Positions 36,677 through 51,810 of a DNA stretch of 64,000 bases are shown here, piece after piece (position 1 is the first letter of the stretch; each line of letters begins with the position of its first letter). Source of the stretch: Schmidtea polychroa (taxonomy: Eukaryota); the NCBI GenBank assembly GCA_044892525.1, contig CM097885.1, forward strand, positions 13,890,001 to 13,954,000. Direction: 5' to 3'. Both the position numbers and the translations under genes were made by a program. Below the pieces are notes generated by a model that was given only the letters and a program-made list of their open reading frames with translations, was not told the DNA's origin and did no database searches.

Positions 36677-39600
36677 ACAGCTCAAATTTAGTCTTCTATT
36701 ATTAATTTATTATAAATCATGAACATTCATATTTGACTGATCTGATCAATAAACTGTCACATGCAAAATATTTTGATATTTATTTTATAAATTATTATTA
36801 TTATTAATATTATATTTTGTTACTTCCACATGAAACCATTTTACTCCATTTCATAGATATATAATGGTTTTAGGTGCATTGGTGAGAAAGGGAGTGATAT
36901 TATCTTGTTGATATTAATATTATTATTCATGATGTCATCATGATAATTTCATTGGTTGATTGTATTACTTTCAATTGTAACATATATTGTTCGTTGATTA
37001 ATTTCTTTTTAAAATAAATTTATTTCTTTTCGTTAATTTCAAAGCTCTCAAAATATTTTCCCGCTTTTTGAACGTTTTGAAAATCACTTGAAAAAGGCAG
37101 TACCGAAAATTCGTGAATATCAGAAAACATCGATATATTTACTGATTCATAGTCAAGCTTTTGTAATAAATACAATGTCAATGGAAAAGAAATCAGTGGT
37201 GAAAATTGAAAATCAATATTTAAAATGCAAAAATTGATTAGAAATTTGAATAATCGAAAAATCAATAATGTCAATTCAATAATGTCAAATCAATAAATAC
37301 AAATATAATAATTACAAATAGATGGCGGATGGTTCATTGGCAAAGTTATTATGAAAAAAATCGATTGGTCACGTTAATAATTTCTAGAGAAATAGTGACA
37401 TCGATGTTGAGTTTATTCTAAATAGGGGAATTTAAATTGGTCCCCGTTGGAGGCAAGCAAGTTTAACATTTCTCAAAAAGTGTTGGTAACAGTGATTGTT
37501 TGGAGCGCTTCATTTTATCGATAAATGTTGATAGGTTCAATTGTTTGTCAGATCAAACTCGTAAAGAATAAAAAAAGTTTAATGACTCAACAATATTAAA
37601 AATAGCATTATTATGATAAAAATTTACACGATTGTTCAAGTAGTTTTTATTTTATAGGTTATTTGATCTATAATCGAAATGAAGATAAATGAAATTCTAA
37701 ATATTTGCAAGCGATTCGTTAAATCATCAAATACAGTCATATTAATTTTTATATGAATTATGATAATTAATTGATAATCAATTATAATATAATTTCAATT
37801 TATAATTTAGGTTTTTATATAATGTATTTTTATATTTTACACCAGAAACCATCCAAAGACGTTTCCTATAATATATGAAAAAAAAATCAATAACTTACAT
37901 AGAAATATACATTCTTTGGTTTCACACTGATGTTCTCGTTAATAGTGCAATGAGATACATCTTGCACTATAGAAATCTAAAAAGTGTTGAAAAATTGATT
38001 ACTGCACATAAACACAACACATACTATAAAACACATAAACTTTCGATATATAGAAATGCGCTACTGAGATACGTTTCTATAATAACTTTATTTGAGACAA
38101 TTTTGAGGGGAAAATGTATTTTTAAAGAAACTACGTTAAATTGTCATGAAAATGTTGACTAAAAGTATTATTAAAGAACTCGAATAATGATCTCATATCT
38201 ATATGGGTCAAAATTCAAGCCTTAAAATTAAATATCTTACCTGAAAGTCATTTTAAAAATGGCTAAAATAATTTCTAGACAAATTGGTGAATCAATTTAA
38301 TGAGACGAATTGATGTACACACTAACCAACGCTATAGAAAATGTATCTCAATGGCGTTTGGTGCAAATAACTTAAAAAGAAACATATGATAAAATACAAG
38401 TATTATCACTCATTATTGAAAACACATAAAATTCACTCATTATATTATACTGCTTGATTATCTTTCTGTCGCTACTCAGTTTTATAAATAACAAAATTTT
38501 CTAATTATATGGTTATCTCACTTGACAATTTTGTTGGTAATGAAAAACAATCGACAGCTGAACTTAGGAGCCAAGAAATAATACTTTTACAAACAGGTCC
38601 CTTGTGCATAAACTGTATTTTTAATCATCTATAAAAGCTGCGAATCATTCCAAAATGTATTAAAATTTATTCTAATGTGCCGCACAAAAACCAGTTATAA
38701 AACTAGAGGCACAGGGATTATTAAACCAATTTAATTATTTAGAAACTGGTATTATGGTATCATTTAGGTTCGATGTTTTAGATAAGCTTTATGGTGTAAA
38801 TAAAACACAAAACTTGATGCATAAATTGAATTTGGAGTTGAACTATACAACAGCTTATGTGAATATTTTCTATCGAAAGCCCAGAATATTTTGATTATTT
38901 GAAAATAAAAATTAAACTATCTGGTTGTTCCGAATATAAAATAACCAACCAACGCAAAAGAAATCAGTTGAATCAAATCAATTTGATAAAATTAATTGTG
39001 TTGGGATTCGACGAGGAAGGCACAAAAACAATGTGAAAATCAATGAAAACATCAAATTCACAATAATAATTAAAAGTTCAAAAATAGTAATTAAAAATCA
39101 TAAAAATTAAGAATGAATATTTTCCGTGGGAAACTGGTATGTGCAGATGCCGAACAATGAGACGAATTCAAATATAATAAAACTTAAGTCAGTGAGGGGC
39201 AAATTACAAAAACTAAAATTAATTAGCTAATAAAAAAATTGAGGAAATGCGAAACTCGTGAGGTGTCAGAGGACTCGAGTGGTCAATCAAATTAATTAGA
39301 GGCAGTCGACAAATAATTAAAATGTGGCAAACTATCAAAAAAAGTATAAATCGCCCAAAACAATTAGGTTGGTAATATGAAGCGCGGGGAAAAGTATCCA
39401 AATTAATTTGATAAGGAGAATTTATAATCACGAGACGGACATAAAAGCCACCGGTAAGTAAATAGTATAACCAGTATGTCGAAGAAAGAAAAGTGATAGT
39501 ATAGCGAAAAGAAATGTTAGATGACAGGGGCAGGACCATTAACACATTTGTCCTAACAACTGACTATAAGACTGGGCCAAACAAGTTCAGGGTATAGTAA

Positions 39601-40210
39601 AAAAGCCAGTAGATCCAACAAAACAAATTGATCAAACAATTCAGATGAACTCGATAATTCAAATCAGACTTATTCCACATTGACAGTTAAATTCTGGAAC
39701 ATTACAACTCTTAATTCAATCGATAATTCAAATTAGACAATTCCTGATTTATATATTATCTTGAGATAATCTATGTGACCTAATTATCTTTTGTGATTTG
39801 TAAAAGTACAAAAATATAAATTAAAATCAAAAAAAATTAAAAATGAATATTTTCCGGGTGAAACTGGTATGTGCAGATGCCGAACAATGAGACGAGTTCA
39901 AATATAATAAAACTAAAGTCAGTGTGGGGCGTCCCTATAAGCAAATAATTACAAAAACTAAAATTAATTAGCTAATAAAAAAATTGAGCCAATGGAGAAC
40001 TCGTGAGGTGTCAGAGGACTCGAGTGGTCAATCAAATTAGGTAGAGGCAGTCGACAAGTAATTAAAATGGGGCAAACGATCAAAAAATGAATAAATTGCC
40101 CAAACCAATTAGGTCTGTAATATGAAGCGCGGGGAAAAGTATCCAAATTAATTTGATAAGGAGAATTTATAATCACGAGACGGGCATAAAAGCCACCGGT
40201 ACGTAAATAG

Positions 40211-43200
40211 TGAGAAAAGAAAAATAATAGGTAAACAAACAAATAAATAAAAACGAATGGAGCCTCAGCCTCCGGTTCACTAAGTATCCAATACGATCGC
40301 AATTAATCTCCCTTATGTGTAGCCGTGGCGGTGTGACACGTTGGTACTGCACACATAGGTTGGAATTTACCAACAGGTGAGCTCCTGCCTTAGAACTATT
40401 CTTGGTGAACTCGCGCTTCTGATTCTCGTGGGACCGACGCCGAGGCGGTATTAGATTGAAGGTTCGATGGAGTGGAGGGGCGGAAGTTGAGGCCCATGTC
40501 CTACGCAGCGGGTCGATACTCGTGACCCTACAGCGGTTTGATGGTGGACCGGGAACACCTTAGTTCCCTCCTGAATCGGGTATTCACGAACTCGTTTTAA
40601 GATTTCTGCTTCAATGTACACTTTCTGCAGTGCCTCTGATTGGGCTTTGATTGAGCCTTTGATTGTTAGCCATTATCACCGGCTTTCCTCCAGGAGACTG
40701 TCACGGCAGTGCTCCATTCTTAAGATCTTTATTCTTTCCTCTTTTATTTGTGGCGGGGAGAACCGCGTGCCTTCGTACGTATCGATACGTTTTTTGAGAG
40801 CCCCAATATAAACGTGCAATTTCCGGATGTCTTCGTTCTTGTCAGCACAAGAAAAACAGGGTCGGAGTTCTTTATTGGAGGCGCTGGGTACTAACATATC
40901 TACAAAGAAAAAAAGGAAATTCTCTATCATAGCCGATAATGATTATGCAAGTATACTAATGAAGTCAGATGACCCCACAAAATTGCATTGGTAGTTTCAG
41001 CTCCAAGTGGGGGAAAATTATAGATATCCTAGTAAGCTATCATATCGAGCCATCACGCAAGGTCGGTTTCCTTCGGTAGATCACCATGCTCAAACAATAG
41101 GTTCGAAATTTAATTTTTAAGCTGAATTATTGTGGAAAATCATGAACACACATGCGGTAGCACACATACCCACCATACCAGCATTTGTGACAATATTCAA
41201 TGATTGCTCAATTTTCTATTCCCCTTTTCTATCTCAATTTTATTTATTCACAAAAATCGGTGTAGGAGTAACGGGATATATCATCAGTCAGCAGAATAAT
41301 ATTTCCCCTTGACGACGCAGTGAAGGAGGGATTGGGTGGGACTTGATCGAGACGAAACTGACAATTGAAAATAAATAATAACGAATTTAATGACTCAGAA
41401 TTAAATTGTTTCCTAATACTGTGGGGGCTTATTTTGTAGCTCCACGACAAATGCGGAAAGTTGCTTACATTACTAGCCAAATTTACTGTAAAATTCCTAT
41501 GTACTGTTTGTAACAATGATGTAATACGGTTAGAGTTTTATTGGCGATTGTGTGCGGTCCTATGGGTCACTACTTATGTGACGGCCATCCTAATAACAAC
41601 AAGAAATACTAATCCTAGGTCAATGACAGTAATGCTAACAGTCATAATAAAGATAATAATAATGATAACGATAATAACGACTAGACTAGTATCAATAATG
41701 ATAATAAATAAAATAATCAAAATAATAATGATGTTTATAATTAATAATTAAAATAGGAATAATAGTAACCATAATAATAAGAATAATAATTATAATAATG
41801 ATAATCAAGATAATAACAGTTGTGTGACGTCCTCCACTTGGAATAGCGATGCATGTGGTTATATCCGTCACCCACAATTCCTACTACGGACGGTCATCTA
41901 TCTACCGGCATTTGATCTCGGGTTTCGGTTAGTGGAATGCCTGATTCTGTTAATGTACTATAACACTGACGATTCCTCAGCAGAAGTTATCAACTTTCTA
42001 ATTGCCTGGCTGAATATGTTTATACGCCATATCAGGAAAAGATAATCAATGGCTAAAGCGCGATAGAAATTTATGTCAGAAGAGATATGCGTGCGGCATC
42101 ATAGACACTCATGTACCGGTGAATTATCTCGCAATAACTGTAAATATTTATGTCTTATTTATGGAAAATTTGATTTTTATTTAGATTGACGAGACACTAT
42201 CTGCGATGATATCAAGATCGACTGAATTTTCCCATGGATTCACTGGAATGTCAGGTTCGGCGGTTTTCCAATAGACGTCGCCTATCAAGATCGATTTACG
42301 CGCTAACACAAAATAGGTAAGTTCACATTTCATATGAAATGAATTTAACGTTGATTTTCCTTACAAGACTGTGGGCAAGGTATTCTACTAACCACACTCT
42401 ACCCCTGTGAGTTCGAATTTCCTGGAAATGCCTAACCGAGAAAATGAAGCTTGTGCTCTAATGATTAACGACGATTTGCAATTGACGAAAATTTCGATTA
42501 TTATTGTGGAATTTTTTCTCGTTCTCCTATTTGATCGCAACCAAATGAAAGCCTCTGGGTGTTCACTTCACTATCTCCGTTTCAACTCGGAGTTTCTCCA
42601 CTCCCCATGACACACCCAAGAGTCACAGGCATCACTACCCACCACTCTCGCATCATCATGAGGGACAGTCAACTCCATATGATTAAAATTAAAAATGAAA
42701 GAAACACAATTCGAACCATTAAAAATTCATTAATATAATTCAATACAAATAATTTACCTGGCGACCATGCCATTTGGAGTTTTGATCATGATATCCTTGG
42801 TCAACATCCTATCCACCCATCATAATCCACTCCACTATTCCATATCGATTTTCAGTGGAAACTTTTTAACAATCATCATCCATCGTTTCCACGTTTCTAA
42901 TAAACCAACATTCTTCGAGAAATCATAAGTTTCGTCCTCAGTTCAATGATCCTGTTCCTCCTTGGATCTCTTTGATATAATCAAAATATCACTTGGCGTT
43001 CTCGATATCATGATGGAACTCCCAGATAGCACCGTCGCCAGTACCGTAAAGAAGAAGTAAGTCCTTGAGTTCATAATGAAAAATTTATTCAGTGAAATTA
43101 TTCAATAAATATAACTAAATAAAATACAATCATATCAAACCATACTAAGATTCTCTAAAACCGATGAATGGAGTTGAATCGGTTATGCTGCTTCCTTCCG

Positions 43201-43693
43201 TAAAAAGTTAGTTCTGATGAATATTTATTAATGTTGATCCTTCTTAGCCGAATTCTTCGGTGTCGTTGTGAAATTTTTGTCGAGTCTGTATTGATATTTT
43301 TTTAAAAGTGGTGATTTTACTGAATTGGCGTTGGTTTATATATCTATTTTGGTCCAATCAGGACGAATCTGGGGTTTATTTTTATTAATTATTATTGTTT
43401 TGTAATTTTTTATTACATTTTATTACATTATTTTTTTTCCTTTTTGCTAGTTGCACGTAGTTGATATCTTATTTCCTATAATTGTTCCTATTTCTCATGA
43501 TTTTTATTTTTTGATTGTTTTTGTTTTATTATTTATTTCGGTTTCTTCTAATGGGTTTTCTTTGGTTTATCGTTATGTTGATTAGATTCGGTTAAGGTTA
43601 CTTTATTTAAAGTTATTTTATTTTTATGTGGTTTCCTCTTTCATACCCGATTCAACTCCATCAAAATTTATAACTTCGAGATTTAGCCCAACA
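40211..43693. mobile_element. TG...CA-bounded 3.5-kb insertion with 4-bp TSD ATAG (LTR-derived), containing gene-like remnants
   Basis: The empty-site paralog at ~39450-39485 (AAATAGTATAACCAGTATGTCGAAG) compares with the filled site AAATAG|TGAG...CCCAACA|ATAGTATTATCAGTAGGTCGAAG. Confidence 0.6.
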
Positions 43694-45371
43694 ATAGTAT
43701 TATCAGTAGGTCGAAGAAAGAAAAGTGATAGTATAGCGAAAAGAAATGTTAGATGACAGTGGCAGGCCCATTAACACATTTGTCTTAACAACTGACTATA
43801 AGACTGGGCCAAACAAGTTCAGGGTGAATGTGTATAGTGAAAAAGCCAATCAGTAGATCCAACGAAACAAATTGATCGAACAATTCAGATGAACTCGATA
43901 ATTCAAATCAGACTTATTCCACATTGACAGTTTAATTCTGGAACATTACAACTCTTAATTCAATCGATAATTCAAATTAGACAATTCCTGATTTATATAT
44001 TATCTTGAGACAATCTATGTGACTTAATTATCTTTTGTGATTTAATTATATCAGGAAAATTCAATTTTATTATGACAATTCAATTTTATTTGTCTGTGTC
44101 GAAAATGTATTATTCCATTCATATGGTGGTAGTGTGACAATTCAATTTTAGATAATTTGTGATCAAATATGTGACTTAATTATTTTTTATTTATTTTATG
44201 GATTTATATTTTATGGTGTAAATAATTGTTCATCTTTTATTTTTACGACTTATCATTTTATTTCATACATAAAATCTTAACTACATAATTTAGGATCGGA
44301 ATTTCTTTATTAATGATATTACATTAGTGGCCAAGGACCAAATGTGAAGCAGTTCAGAGTATATTGCGTAATTCAATACAATGTATTAGTTATTACGCAA
44401 TATACATTACTATTTACAATATACATTACAATATACATTATTGATCTAATGATCTCGTTATGGTTACAAATATTTGTTTGACATTTTCTAATGTGTACAA
44501 GTTTCCTGTGAGCCCCATATTGACATTTTCACATTTTATTGTGACAAAGGTGCAATTATAAAATGTCAAATGTACAAAGCAATACTGATAAATTGGATTA
44601 GATATAACACAATAAAAACTAATTTGTAGCGGATTTTTGTATGATTTTATGAAATCTTTGATCGGTGCAGGGCCTAATTGACACGTAATTTTAATTGATT
44701 CTATCCAATCGTATTGCAGTTCACTGTGCTACTGCATGTGATGGTGAATGTGATGGATATATATACCCTGTTTGCACTCAATAAACGCACCTATAATATA
44801 AATAATAATAAATTAATTATTAAATAGATTAATAAATAAATTGATAAATAGATTAATGAATAAATAAATTATTAAATAAATTAATAAATGGATTAATTAA
44901 TAAATAAATTAATAAATAGACAAATAAATTAATTAATTTATAAATAAATAGATTCTCTCTCTGCTTTCGCCTTTCAAGCGCATTTCCTCTTGCTTTATTT
45001 ATATTATCCAAATTGCTTTCGATTTTTTTAATTCTTGTAGAATTGCAAAACTTATCTGGCAGCTAATTCAACTTTCTATATACCTAGCATGTCAGCAATG
45101 TAGAAATGAGACTGAATTCCTATGGATGTGACTTATATATCTACCGCCTATGTTCCTATCCGTTAAGTGATGTCAGAAGAGCTCGTTGTATCAACCTTTA
45201 CTCCACCATGTTGAAATCGTCACGCGAAGTGATGTACAATATGTTCTATTGCTTTGCGACGCTTAGGAAGCTAATAATCATTTTGTATGTCACGAGCTAA
45301 CCTAAACTTAAAATATATTAATATAAATAGTTTTTAATTTGAAATTTTTTTTCATTTCTAAATATTTTAAG

Positions 45372-45601
45372 TGGCTCATAATATGTGCGAGTTGGTTGCG
45401 AATCCATCGGTTAGGGAGCGTGTATTTGCATTGGTGAGTTACTTTCACCGATATCCTCATTTGAAGATCATTTAGAATTCTCCCCCGAGTACCGGTGTTG
45501 CCAATGAGCAAGAACTATATGGTTATGCTAAAGTTTTGCTCAGATTTTTCGGTGAGCCAAAACCATCAGAACACATTGCGGCTAATTCCAAATATACCTG
45601 A
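45372..45601 (+). other. Third copy of kinase terminal exons (45372-45433, 45476-45601)
   Basis: Same peptide and intact splice sites. Confidence 0.88.
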
Positions 45602-46849
45602 ACAGCTCAAATTTAGTCTTCTATTATTAATTTATTATAAATCATGAACATTCATATTTGACTGATCTGATCAATAAACTGTCACATGCAAAATATTTTG
45701 ATATTTATTTTATAAATTATTATTATTATTAATATTATATTTTGTTACTTCCACATGAAACCATTTTACTCCATTTCATAGATATATAATGGTTTTAGGT
45801 GCATTGGTGAGAAAGGGAGTGATATTATCTTGTTGATATTAATATTATTATTCATGATGTCATCATGATAATTTCATTGGTTGATTGTATTACTTTCAAT
45901 TGTAACATATATTGTTCGTTGATTAATTTCTTTTTAAAATAAATTTATTTCTTTTCGTTAATTTCAAAGCTCTCAAAATATTTTCCCGCTTTTTGAACGT
46001 TTTGAAAATCACTTGAAAAAGGCAGTACCGAAAATTCGTGAATATCAAAAAACATCGATATATTTACTGATTCATAGTCAAGCTTTCTAATAAATACAAT
46101 GTCAATGGAAAAGAAATCAGTGGTGAAAATTGAAAATCAATATTTAAAAAACAATTTAAAATGCAAATATTGATTAGAAATTTGAATAATCGAAAAATCA
46201 ATAATATCTCATAGGGAGAGTATGTGCGAGTAGCAAATGAAAAGATAAATACGAATATAATAATTACAAATAGATGGCGGATGGTTCATTGGCAAAGTTA
46301 TTATGAAAAAATCGATTGGTCACGTTAATAATTTCTAGAGAAATAGTGACATCGATGTTGAGTTTATTCAAATAGGGGCATTTAATTGGTCCCCGTTGGA
46401 GGCAAGCAAGTTTAACATTTTTCAAAGTGTTGGTAACAGTGATTGTTTGGAGCTCTTAATTTTATCGATTATTGGTGATAGTTTCAATGGTTTGTCACAT
46501 CAAACTCGTAAAGAATAGATGAATAAAAAAAGAATTATTGACAACTTTCCCCCGAAAGTTTAATAACTCCACAACATTAAAAATAGCATTATTATGATAA
46601 AATATGAAAATATAAATGACCTCAACAATTTTTATTGCATCTTCATTTACACGATTGTTCAAGTAGTTTTTATTTTATAGGTTATTTGATCTATAATCGA
46701 AATGAAGATAAATGAAATTCTAAAAATTTGCAAGCAATTCGTTAAATCATCAACTACAGTCATATTAATTTTAATATGAATTATGATAATTAATTGATAA
46801 TCAATTATAATATAATTTCAATTTATAATTTAGGTTTCTATATATATTA

Positions 46850-48638
46850 AAATTTTACCTATTGGGTCATATAAGGGAGATCCAGAAAAGTTCGACGATT
46901 TTTTTCACTGAGATTTCTCAGTATGTAGAGGCTTGTGGTTGGACACTTGATGAATTGAAAACAAGAATCCCCTTATATGTGAAGTAATCGAAATAATGAT
47001 AGAGATAATGGAAATAATCGTTTTAGAGATATATACTCGTTTTGGTAGATATATACTCGAGATGATAGGAACAGTCGTTTCGAAAATAATAGATATAACC
47101 ATCCGGAATATAACAGAAAGGATTTAAGAAACAGGCGAATGAGCTCATATAGACAAAATGAGTATAGAGAGAGGCGACTAAGCCCGTATAACAATGATAG
47201 TAGAGAAAAAGTATATTTACAAGGAAAAATCAAATGTTATAATTGCGAGAGATATGGCCACTTAGCGAAAACATGTTATAAACCGCGAGAAAAATCGCCA
47301 ATCAGAGTAAATATTAAAGAGGAACTAGATATAAAACAGGTAAATAGTGCTGAATTGGTAGCAGCTATTAATGAGATAAATATGTTCAGAGAAGAGTTAA
47401 AAGAGTTCAAGACTCTATGTTGTAGACTTATTGAGAAAATACTTGAGGTATCAATAAATGAATTAGAAATTTTTACAAATGAAGTATATATTGATGATGA
47501 TGGATTTAGAAGAGCCCAAGAGGCCGATAACAAATTTTTAACAAGGATAACAGATAAAGACTGTTTCGAGAAAATTTGATAAATGCACTAATCTGCTTGA
47601 TCCATTATATAAAATCAGTGATGATATGTGGATTACGATGTCCGACAGAAAAGAAGCAACAAAGCTGCATAAACTAGAATTAATTGAACTAGGGAAAAAA
47701 CTAGAATTTATGGAAGTCAACGAAATGGACAATAATGGCATGTATACAAGAGAAGACATAGAAAGTGCCAGAAAACACATGTTAATTCCTTATGAAAAAG
47801 AAAAAAATAATAAAAAAAAATCAATCATAGTAAATAAAGTAATCGAATGTAGTCATGGGGGAAGCTGCAATTTTGATGTATTATTGTCAAAGGAACATTT
47901 TAAAAATGTGGTATACCGAGTATTGAAAATGATTTGCTCGTAATTAATGTCATTAAAACAGCTCAGACAAGTGTTTGGAAATTCGTACAAGCTAATAGCA
48001 TGTTTTTGCCCATTCATAGCCAAATATTTAATAACAACAAAACATGACAAAGAGATCCGATTAATAAAAAGACGAAGAGAAGACGAGCAGCAGATAATGA
48101 TCATAGAAAAAGATGAAGAGAACCCGGAAGAATCGGAACAACAGCCAAGCAGAGGCATATACGATAATCAAAGAGATTTATGAAAAGAAATGGAAAATTA
48201 TAATGCCAAAACTAAGCAAAAGTTGTCATGGTGTACCCAGAAAAATATACGGGTGCTATGGTTTGGAACTTTGCATGAATGACATATGGGGATCAGCAAA
48301 TGAAGCAAGACCATTACTTCAAATAACAATAAATAATATAAGCATACACGCTCTAGTTGATACAGGAGCAGCAGCATCATTGATAAGAGAGGATCAATTA
48401 ACAGAGAATCAAATGAAAAATATTGTAACCACAAGAGAAAGAGTGGTATCATTGTCAGCACACGATATTCCATTAAAAGGAAACATTGAACTGACAGTCC
48501 ATTTGGCAAGTCAAACAATAAATCATATATTTAAAGTCGCTGAGGAGTGCAAAAGCATGTGTGTTCTTGGAATGGATCTACTTAATAAACTAGATAAGTT
48601 TGTGATAGATTTAACAGATAGTACAGTTAAAAGGAAAG
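46850..48638 (+). mobile_element. Gypsy gag (CCHC knuckle) and aspartic protease remnants
   Basis: CYNCERYGHLAKTC; IHALVDTGAAASLI..VLGMDLL. Confidence 0.8.
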
Positions 48639-48679
48639 TGTTAGTTTACTTATGCAATTAAAGAAAAATGATATGGGGA

Positions 48680-49188
48680 TATTGAGTAGATAAAAGTTGT
48701 AGAGGGCAACAGAGTCTCCGCAAAAATACCTGTTTGGGACAGTTGGCATGCGTGTATGTTATGAATAAGTAGAGTATACAGCTAGATATCAATTATAATA
48801 TAAAAAGAAAATAAACGCGAACAATAACTCCAGCTTTTATTAAAAAGAAAATAATTAGTCAACCTTGTTTTTGTGAAAACGGGAAATTAAATCTTTTGCT
48901 TTTCGGATATATCTTCGAATAGTGAATAATAGTGAATAATGGTAGTGAATAATTGTATTTTTCTTTCGAGTAAATCTTCGTAAATATATCTTTGAATAAT
49001 TTCAATTCGGTATATCTTCGAATAGTTTTTTATTGATCTTTTTATTTGTTTCCATTTTCTATTGCTATATAGTTTATTTTTTTTAAAAAAAGATAAAAAA
49101 AGAGTTTTCCACGTGCAACGCACAGAATTGTTACTTACATTGAACCAGAACAACCAACAATTAAAATAAAATATAACAATACATTACA
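48680..49188 (-). mobile_element. LTR of the minus-strand gypsy family
   Basis: On the minus strand it starts TGTAAT directly after the polypurine tract AAAGGGGGAAGTTC (~49189-49203); left end homologous to 16476-16582; right end repeated at 51747-51810. Confidence 0.7.
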
Positions 49189-49284
49189 GAACTTCCCCCT
49201 TTAAAACCGGAGGTTAACATTTAAACGGCTTTACATATTTACAAAAAAATTAAAAATATGTTGTTGGAATTTGTGATGGTTTAG

Positions 49285-51745
49285 TTGTGTTTTTGTTTTG
49301 TGTTTTACAACTAAAAAAATTATAAAAATTGTACAACTAAATCTTGATCACGCAGTTCTGCTGGTACTATAATTCTTTTGTTGTTGTCGTTTGAAGTGTC
49401 GTACCATATGCCGTCTATTTCTTCCAATTGGAGTGAATTCAACCTTTTTTTTCAGATTTTCTTTTGCCTGTTTAAAGCTGTTATTAGTTTTTCGTTCCAA
49501 TTTATTTTGATGATTCTCTTTATTTTGTTCAATTTGTTGAGAGGGGCTAGCATTTCGCTACATTTTGGTACGTATTTGTGATAGAAGTTGATCATGCCAA
49601 GGAAACGTCTTAGCTCTTTTGTTGTTTTGGGTAACGGATAGTTTTTGATTGCTTTGATTTTGTCGTCTAATGGTTTTATTCCGTTTTCGTTTAACAGATC
49701 TCCCAAAAATTTATTTCTCTTTTCAAAAATTCACATTTTTTTATGTTAATTTTTAGTTTATATTTGTTTAATATTTCGAACACATTTTTAATGTTTTGTA
49801 AATGTTCTGTTTTGTTTGCTGATGCTATCAAGATGTCGTCTAGATGTGCGACTGTGTTTTGTTGATTTCGAAATATTTGGTCCATAAAGCGTTGGAAAGG
49901 GGCTGCTGCGTTTTTTAATCCAAAAGGCATTTTGTTATATTCGAAAAGTCCTATGGGTATGATGATTGCAGTTTTATTTGTGTCTTCCGTTCTGACAAGA
50001 ATTTGATGACAGGCTTTTTCTAAGTCTATTTTGCTGAAAGTTTTGGGTTTGTTTAATCTGTTAATGATGTCGTTTATTATTGGAATTGGGTATTTATCGG
50101 TTGTTGTGATATTCTTTAATACTCTGTAGTCTCCACAGGCTCGCCATTCGCCGTTTGCATTTTCTTTGCGCATGAGAGCTGATGACCAGTTTGAGTTTGA
50201 GTGTTTGACGATTTGGTTTTCTAGTAGTTCGTCGAATATTTTCTTAGGTATTTCGAGTTTATTTTTGTCTAATTTTCTGACTTTTGCATGGACTGGGTTT
50301 CCGTTGCTAATTATTATGTGTTCGGTTATGCATTTTTTGTTATTGTTTGCCTCTAGTTTATTAGTTATATTTGGTACATTTTGTATTAGTTTTGCGATTT
50401 CATTAGGTATATGCCAGTTTGTTTCTGTTTTAATTGTTTTTGTTTTACCGTGTTGGGCTGTTATTACTCCGATGTCACAATTGATTTGTTTCTTGGATTG
50501 TTTATTTTGGTTGTATATGTTGCTTAAATTGTTTGGTAAGACTTTTCCATTCTTGCAGTCGACTAGTAGATCGAAGTTTGAGAGGAAATCTGCTCTTAAA
50601 ATGGATTGTTTGACTTCAGCGATAGTGAATTGCAAATTGTATTGTGTGTTGTTGATGATGATTTTAATGTTTTGTTTCCCGAACGTTTTGATTGGGCTGC
50701 GTTTGCTGCACACAAATTCGAGGTTTCTGTTTTGTATTTTTATACAAGTAATTCGGAACAATGAAATTATTGAGCCTGAATCAACGAGAAAGTTAAGGCC
50801 ATTGCTATGCACTGTGAAAGTTTGGCTGTCACCAATTGTCGGTGCTATCATTGGTGACTTTATATGTTTCCCGACTCTTCTTTGTCGAAGGTGCAGGGTT
50901 TGTTGCATTTATATGCTTTATTCCCAAATTTATTGTGGTAGTAACAATAGTTTTGGTTTGTGCATTTATTAGGGTTGTTCCATGTTTTGTTTTTGTCCAA
51001 GCTGTTGCGGCTGCCTGATCTTGTATTTTGTGTTGGATAATTTTGCCTGTTTTCATAACATTGTGTTCTCCTGGATACTCTTCTTTGTAATTCGGTAATG
51101 TCTTTTCTTAGACTTTTGTTTTCGATAATTATTTCGTCAAAATTTTGTTACCAAAGTTGAGAGGAGTTTGTTCCTTTCTGTAGTTTCTGAGCTATTGTGT
51201 ACCGGGATGTTTTGTTCATTATTTTTGGAATAATTTTTGTTTTGGTATGTTCTACATATTGTCGGGTATATTTTGGCGTTGATTTTGTCTGCTATGTTTG
51301 CCAGGGTTTCGAGGTCTGTGCAGTTGCTGACAGCTAGAATCCGGCATATTTCAGGTAGGTCTTTGATAATCTCTTTTGACCCGGTGCTTGTTATTTTAAT
51401 TTGTCAGTATTCGAGTTTTGTTTTTAAATTTCGCAGGAATTCAGACGGTTTGACGTTACCCAATTGTATATCTTTCAAACATGATTCAAGTAGTTCTCGT
51501 TTGTTTATTTTGTTCCTATTTATTAGGGCATTGTATAAGTTTTCGAAAGGGTTGTCATCCATTGATATTTACTCTATTCTATCGGCTATTTCGTTGAGGA
51601 TGTTGCTTGGAAAGGCGGCAATTATGTGAGAGCAAACTGTTTTTGATGATTTGATGCCTGATATACTAAATGTTAGTTTGGCGAATTCTGCCATTTTGGT
51701 GATGTTCCATTTTTGTCTGTAACGAAATTTGAGATGGACGCCTTA
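49285..51745 (-). mobile_element. Second copy of the 12.2-16.6 kb gypsy family (gag, protease, RT), with deletions
   Basis: Colinear homology to ~13190-16050; RT with AHLDDILIAS. Confidence 0.92.
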
Positions 51746-51810
51746 GGAATTGTTACTTACATTGAACCAAAACAACCAACAAATAAAATAAAATATAACA
51801 ATACATTACA

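Noticed and set aside
37940..38380. Possible MITE with TGAGATACAT..CTATAG inverted ends
   Set aside because: Termini and TSD too degenerate to define.
50166..50972. 268-aa hydrophobic plus-strand ORF (and similar ORFs at 12510, 14471, 14710, 15569)
   Set aside because: Antisense shadow of A-rich gypsy gag/pol; broken in the paralogous copy.
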